Below are positions 33,149 through 38,031 of a DNA stretch of 38,031 nt, piece by piece (position 1 is the stretch's first letter; each line of letters begins with the position of its first letter). This DNA is from Chlamydiia bacterium (GTDB lineage Bacteria; Chlamydiota; Chlamydiia; Chlamydiales; JBMOFD01). The stretch lies in the NCBI GenBank assembly GCA_049314435.1, contig JBMOFD010000007.1, positions 1 through 38,031 of the forward strand. The letters are read 5' to 3'. The notes beneath the pieces were generated by a model. That model searched no databases. It worked only from the letters and a program-made list of their open reading frames with translations, and had not been told where the DNA came from. Position numbers and translations under genes: made by a program.

Positions 33149-34075
33149 ATGAGCCTCCCCATCGTATTGTCTGTCGATGTGTTGGCGGGTGCCCTTGGAA
33201 GTGTCTGCATTCGCGGCCTGCTCAACCTGGCTGACCGCACGGCTCTCGGCTATCGTCGAGTCAGTCTTGCCCTTACTCTTTTCTTCAATGCAGTCTTTCC
33301 GCTTATTCTCATGTTAGGCGTTCTGGCCTTCATGGGGGGATTGAATGCCGAGTTTGGGCAGCTGATCCTCCATCCTGCAGCGATCTGCAATGGATTCTTG
33401 ACGCACGCCAGCGCTTCGGCCTTCTATCGCGGACTTCGTGATCTGCCTGTGCGCACCATTTGTGCGGTCTCCAAGCTAAGCGATCTCTTCCTCCCAGCCG
33501 TGGTCTTCCTGCTGGGTCGGCAGATGGCACTGAATGACGGGCTCTTTGCCATGCTCAGTACGGCTCTCTTCATTCCCTTCCTTAGGGGAGTGGGCTGGAA
33601 ACGCAGACCGGCCGAGCGCTGGGTGATCGTCATGATCGTCCTGCTTCCACTGACACAGACCATGGTGAATCACCTCACAGGTGCTGATCACCTAGCCAAG
33701 GAGATCTTTGCGTTCACGCAGCTCTTTACGGCCATGATGGTGTGGAGAGTGGTCGCTGTGTTGTGCACGAACTTCACGGGGATTTGGCAGGAGCTGAAGG
33801 AAGCTACACGCGAACGGCTGAACTTTGTTCCGATGCTGTTGGGACGATCGGTCTTGGCCGTTGTGGCCCAGGCCCTCTTCTTCTATGCAGTCACTCGGGA
33901 ATCAGGGGCTCTAGCTTGGCCGATCTTGAATGCGGGGCCGCTCCTCAGCTCGCTGTTTGCTCATTGGGTGCTGCGGGAGCGGCTTCGTCGACTGGAGGGC
34001 ATGGTCCTCGTCGCCTTTGGAGCGGCAGTTGTGTTCTGCCTGCTCCTCAGGAGTGGTGGACGCTTCTCTTTCTAG
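33149..34075 (+). CDS. EamA/DMT-family membrane transporter
   Basis: About 10 hydrophobic segments in two halves; C-terminal PLLSSLFAHWVLRERL motif. Confidence 0.65.
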   Translation: MSLPIVLSVDVLAGALGSVCIRGLLNLADRTALGYRRVSLALTLFFNAVFPLILMLGVLAFMGGLNAEFGQLILHPAAICNGFLTHASASAFYRGLRDLPVRTICAVSKLSDLFLPAVVFLLGRQMALNDGLFAMLSTALFIPFLRGVGWKRRPAERWVIVMIVLLPLTQTMVNHLTGADHLAKEIFAFTQLFTAMMVWRVVAVLCTNFTGIWQELKEATRERLNFVPMLLGRSVLAVVAQALFFYAVTRESGALAWPILNAGPLLSSLFAHWVLRERLRRLEGMVLVAFGAAVVFCLLLRSGGRFSF

Positions 34076-35256
34076 TTCTGTGTCAGAACTTCTACGTCAT
34101 GCACATAGTAGGCTGGGAATGCATAGTGGTGGTCAGGACGCGGGCTGGCTAGCAAGCGAACCTTCCTTCCCACTTGATCTTGCAGATTCACAGAGGTGCT
34201 ATAGACACAGGCTGCGGGCACTGCGCCCTTCTTGAGCACATAGTCACCGGGGCGATTGGTGCCCGTGCTGGCAAAAGGCTCAAGGATCCCTTCCAGCTCT
34301 GAGGCTGTGCGGAGCTCTTCTGCGTAGTAATCAAGAGGCGTTTGGTTGGTATTAGCCGCGATCCAACTCTCGATCAGCCCCTGTTCAACAGGTTCCCACA
34401 GTCTCATGCGGTCGGTGATTGGGCGAGACTCCGAGGCGGAGAGGTCTTCCACAGCCGCGAGGGCTAGAGGCTCTTGAGCTACTGACGCGCCCGATTCTCC
34501 ACCGAGGAAGTTGGCCTTCTTGCCGAGGTAGTCTTTCTGGATCTTCGTCAGCAGAGTCTGAGCTCGCTCAGCATGAGAGGGGAAGTCACGGAAGCCTTGT
34601 GCCACTTGCTGGAGCAGAACCTGCGCTTCATCGAGTCGCATCTGGTCGTAGGGTTTGCTGAGCTCTTGTTGTGCAAGGTGTTCAGCGCGCTGGAGGAGCC
34701 GATGCATCTCAGATTGACGAGCACCCATCTTCTGGTAGAGATCAGGTCCGCCGGCCTGTTCGACATACTCCTTAGCGACAAAGAAGCGGCACTGCTCTGG
34801 GCAGGCAATCTCCAGCCATTTGCTTTGAGCAGCAGCAATCTCGCCAGATACACGCTCCCCTTGTTGCAGTCGACCGATCACCGTCGCATCCAAGGAGGGA
34901 GCTAGGCGTACGTTCACATTGGAGGCTTCTACGTTGCCATCCAAAATGTAGCTGCGGAAGACATAGGCCTTCATGCCCTGCATAGGACGTACGGCATAAA
35001 AGTCCCGCTCAAGACCGTCGATCAGCACGAGGTCGTCCTTATGCAGCTCCATGATCACAGGAGCATCGCGGTCTGCACGGTTGCGCAGGCGCACGCGGTC
35101 ACGGGAGATGCGTCCCGTCATCGCAGCAATGGATTGTCGCTGTTGGAGAGCTACTTCAGCACTCTCCACAGCAGGTTCGACGATCTCGTTGGCCATGAGA
35201 TAGGACCCGCCTACCCAGAGGACTGTGAGCGCAGTGAAAGCTAAATGAATACGCAT
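34072..35256 (-). CDS. Chlamydial SH3-domain exported protein (CT017-like)
   Basis: Signal peptide; two bacterial SH3 domains (RVRLR..AD.DAPVI; NVNVRLAPSLDATVIGRL..G); C-terminal PRPDHHYAFPAYYV; adjacent to the CT016-like and phoH-like genes. Confidence 0.8.
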   Translation of the reverse strand: MRIHLAFTALTVLWVGGSYLMANEIVEPAVESAEVALQQRQSIAAMTGRISRDRVRLRNRADRDAPVIMELHKDDLVLIDGLERDFYAVRPMQGMKAYVFRSYILDGNVEASNVNVRLAPSLDATVIGRLQQGERVSGEIAAAQSKWLEIACPEQCRFFVAKEYVEQAGGPDLYQKMGARQSEMHRLLQRAEHLAQQELSKPYDQMRLDEAQVLLQQVAQGFRDFPSHAERAQTLLTKIQKDYLGKKANFLGGESGASVAQEPLALAAVEDLSASESRPITDRMRLWEPVEQGLIESWIAANTNQTPLDYYAEELRTASELEGILEPFASTGTNRPGDYVLKKGAVPAACVYSTSVNLQDQVGRKVRLLASPRPDHHYAFPAYYVHDVEVLTQN

Positions 35257-35365
35257 AGTAGTTTGTAAGTTGGCGGCAGGACCGAAAAGAGGCCCACCTT
35301 CGGTTTGACTGAAGAATACTCGCGCAGGAGCTTTTTGCCTATGTAGGCGTCAAGACTGGATGCAA

Positions 35366-35384
35366 AGGGGCCCTTTGGACCCCT
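35366..35384 (-). terminator. Short hairpin after the CT016-like gene
   Basis: Minus strand AGGGGTCC-aaa-GGGCCCCT followed only by TTG; weak. Confidence 0.3.
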
Positions 35385-35389
35385 AAAGC

Positions 35390-36070
35390 CTAGCTCATCA
35401 GAACGGCACGGATGTGCTCGCAGCCCGGTTGTCCACACGAGCAGCTGATTGATTCACCCAGTGTCACCAGGTAGGAGACGCTCTCGTCAGAACCACGAAT
35501 CACATGGAAGGCAGTGCTGCCCTCCTCAGATTGAATCGTCCAGTCCGACCCAGAAGCCTGCTCATCTACAGGCGGGGCCGACGCCGAGGCCGCTTGCTGT
35601 GCCAGACCATGATGCAGTGCCCGATGCACTTGGCAATGGCAGCAGTTGCATCCAGGTTCCGGCTGAGGGAGTGTGACGACAAAGTCCGCACCCATGAGTT
35701 TCCCAAGCTGCTGCACCCGATCGAGCAGATCTCGAGGCAGGGGAGGAGCATCAGCCTGAGAAGGTGTGTGCTCCATCATCGTTTCCAACTCATCCGCCAC
35801 CACTTCCGTAGGTGTGCGCTTCGTCATCACCTGGGCAATGGAGGGTTCTTGAGTCGACTGTTCCGCTTCCAGCACCTTGGCATGTACCGCGAAGATCTGC
35901 CGAACAACGGGCTCTTCCAGCGCAGGCACCAAAATCTGCGTTCCATTGACCAGTGTCACAACGAGAATAGGGCCTTCCTCTTCATCCTGTTCCATGTGGA
36001 GAGACACCACATGCTGCCAGCTCGTGCTGATATAGGGAGGAAGGTGGAGTGCACGTCGAGTGATTGCCAT
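35390..36070 (-). CDS. Conserved chlamydial protein (CT016-like) with SWIM-type Zn finger
   Basis: LHLPPYISTSW, MEHTPSQADAPPLP, PEPGCNCCHCQV, V.LG..I.CSCGQPGCEHIRAVL. Likely start is ATG 36070. Confidence 0.8.
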   Translation of the reverse strand: MAITRRALHLPPYISTSWQHVVSLHMEQDEEEGPILVVTLVNGTQILVPALEEPVVRQIFAVHAKVLEAEQSTQEPSIAQVMTKRTPTEVVADELETMMEHTPSQADAPPLPRDLLDRVQQLGKLMGADFVVTLPQPEPGCNCCHCQVHRALHHGLAQQAASASAPPVDEQASGSDWTIQSEEGSTAFHVIRGSDESVSYLVTLGESISCSCGQPGCEHIRAVLMS

Positions 36071-36309
36071 AGATTCGAGCCTCCTCAAGCTCCCATTGTA
36101 CTGCTAGGAGAGCGGATGGTCAAACGAACTTAGCAGCCGAGCAGGTTGGCTGCTAAAGTTTAGACCATATAGCTCTTGGAATGTGGGACATCACGGCTCT
36201 GAAATCGTGTCATTTGCGTCCTCAACCCTCTCTGACTATGATCCGGCGTTTGAGCTCAGACCGGGTGGATGATGCGCCACGCATCAGCACCCAACAGCCG
36301 GGAGGCCGC

Positions 36310-37632
36310 ATGACGAAGAAGACTTTTGTAGTGGACACCAACGTCCTCCTGCATGACCCAAATGCGCTCCATCAGTTCGGCGGTAACGATGTGGTCATCT
36401 CGGGCACCACGCTGGAGGAGTTGGACAACTTCAAAAAGAATCCAGATGAGCTAGGACGTCATGCGCGCACTGTTCTCCGTACTGTGGACACGGAGGCCCT
36501 GCACCTTGGAAAAGAGGGGCTGGAAGTAGCCAAAAAGCATGGATCACTCCGCATTGTCTTGGAGTACCAGCCCACCGATCGTAGCCGCTTTCCCTTAGCG
36601 CTCGATCGTGCGCCCCATCGAACATTGGCCACGGCCTTCCTCTTGAAGGAGAGAGGGGAGCACGTCGTCTTTGTGTCGAAGGATGTGGTGCATCGGGTAA
36701 AGGCGATCTCTTTAGGGATCGAGGCTCAGGACTATGAGAACTTCAAGGTCTCCTACGAAAAGATGTTCCGTGGGATCCGCACCCTGGATGTCGACGTCTC
36801 CCACATTGAGCTCTTCCTTAAAGATGGTCGGATTCCCTTCATAGGATCGGCAGAAGCAGGACAGGAGCTCTATCCCAATGAATACTATCAGCTGAAAGCA
36901 GGGGATGACGGGACAGCCCTCGCTCGCTATCAGCCCGACGGGCATCAGCTCGTCGCTCTGCAGAAACTACCCCGAGACGTGTGGGGTCTTCAGCCGCTCA
37001 ACTCTGAGCAGCGCTGTGCCTTGGACATTCTCCTGCGTGACGACGTACAGCTCGTGACGCTGATCGGTCAGGCAGGAACGGGGAAAACGCTCTTGGCGAT
37101 CGCCGCTGGGCTCAGGAAGGTCTTTGATGAACAGGTGTACAACCGGATCTTGGTGAGTCGTCCGATTGTGCCATTGGGGAAAGACATCGGCTATTTGCCG
37201 GGAAGCAAAGAAGAAAAACTGAGTCACTGGATGCAGCCGATCTATGACAACTTGGAGTACCTCTGCCAGACCAATGGGGCAGGAGCCTCAGGCGCTGACA
37301 CGATGACCTGGCTCTTGGAGTCCAAGAAAATCGAGATGGAAGCGGTGACCTACATCCGTGGACGCAGCTTGCCGAAGATGTACATGATCATCGACGAGGC
37401 ACAGAACCTCACGCCTCACGAAGTGAAGACGATCATCTCGCGTGCTGGTCAAGGGACCAAGGTCATCCTCACCGGCGATCCTACCCAGATCGACAACCCT
37501 TATCTGGATAAGGATAGCAACGGCCTCACCCTGACGGTATCGCGCTTCCGTAAACATCCAATGTTCGGGCATATCTTCTTGGACAAGACAGAGCGATCGG
37601 CTTTGGCCGCATTAGCAGCCGAAGTGCTCTAG
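36310..37632 (+). CDS. phoH: PIN-PhoH (PhoH2/CT015-like) ATPase
   Basis: PIN VVDTNVLLHDP, EELD; GQAGTGKT, IGYLPG...EK, YIRGRS, IIDEAQN, GDPTQID. SD GGAGG at 36301 supports ATG 36310. Confidence 0.9.
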   Translation: MTKKTFVVDTNVLLHDPNALHQFGGNDVVISGTTLEELDNFKKNPDELGRHARTVLRTVDTEALHLGKEGLEVAKKHGSLRIVLEYQPTDRSRFPLALDRAPHRTLATAFLLKERGEHVVFVSKDVVHRVKAISLGIEAQDYENFKVSYEKMFRGIRTLDVDVSHIELFLKDGRIPFIGSAEAGQELYPNEYYQLKAGDDGTALARYQPDGHQLVALQKLPRDVWGLQPLNSEQRCALDILLRDDVQLVTLIGQAGTGKTLLAIAAGLRKVFDEQVYNRILVSRPIVPLGKDIGYLPGSKEEKLSHWMQPIYDNLEYLCQTNGAGASGADTMTWLLESKKIEMEAVTYIRGRSLPKMYMIIDEAQNLTPHEVKTIISRAGQGTKVILTGDPTQIDNPYLDKDSNGLTLTVSRFRKHPMFGHIFLDKTERSALAALAAEVL

Positions 37633-37678
37633 CCAGCCGAACAGATAGAGGCCAGGTCTCTCGACCTGGCTTCGGCGA

Positions 37679-38029
37679 CTACAAGATCCTCTCAACCGTG
37701 CGGAATGTGACCGAGATGCGGTGGCGGGAGACAGGAGTGACCGCATGGAAATAGGGAGTTTTTCGGAACTCGCCTTCCAGGCAGAAGATAGTGCCCGCCT
37801 GCTCTTCCAGTGAGTAGATCGGTTCGATATCCATGGGAGGGACCCGACCTTCCCCTTCCCATTTGGCAAAGTAGAGATGTCCCGTTGGGTCAGGCTCAAT
37901 GACGATGCCATACACACGTTCACTGAAATAGAACGGCGCTTTGCCATAGAGGTCTTTGGCGTTCACATCGACGTGGGGCTCTAGATGGAAACCGCTCTCG
38001 TAGACGGAGAGGATGACGTTCGTGAATTC
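37679..38029 (-). CDS. AlkB-like 2OG-Fe(II) dioxygenase (5'-partial)
   Basis: The frame stays open to the window end: EFTNVILSVYESGFHLEPHVD (HxD) ... YFHAV (distal His) ... RISVTFR. Confidence 0.8.
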   Translation of the reverse strand, partial: EFTNVILSVYESGFHLEPHVDVNAKDLYGKAPFYFSERVYGIVIEPDPTGHLYFAKWEGEGRVPPMDIEPIYSLEEQAGTIFCLEGEFRKTPYFHAVTPVSRHRISVTFRTVERIL

Positions 38030-38031
38030 AG

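Noticed and set aside
36181..36309. 43-aa N-terminal extension of PhoH
   Set aside because: A strong SD precedes ATG 36310, where PIN similarity starts.
366..37947. Numerous short ORFs nested in or antisense to the main genes (e.g. 3447-4052, 12220-12783, 25657-26295, 35504-36133)
   Set aside because: Shadow ORFs expected at this GC content, with no motifs and full overlap with better-supported genes.

Overview
Bacterial chromosomal DNA, most likely from an environmental member of the phylum Chlamydiae (Chlamydiota). GC is roughly mid-50s %, estimated from a few hand-counted lines. The assignment rests on two chlamydial gene blocks: rng/cafA-plsB (plant-type GPAT)-ptr (insulinase), and PIN-PhoH / CT016-like SWIM protein / CT017-like SH3 protein. 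Interspersed accessory genes are: a >1,450-aa protein open from base 1 with clustered FFAT-like motifs; a DUF1214 remnant between two structured GC-rich direct repeats; a COLGALT-like glycosyltransferase plus a signal-peptide-bearing methyltransferase; a UvrA paralog with degenerate ABC signatures; an islet of two Inc/effector-like genes; an orphan AbiEi antitoxin with its operator between ~53-bp direct repeats; an apparently non-cleavable LexA head-to-head with rmuC; a ~1,830-aa dikinase-like protein with an unknown acceptor domain and DUF4116-like repeats; an AAA_14/DUF4143 ATPase with an NDT/DNPH1-like gene; a PATR autotransporter; an EamA transporter; and a partial AlkB-like dioxygenase. 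I saw no rRNA, tRNA, CRISPR array or transposase. All family calls come from motif recognition by eye, not database searches.
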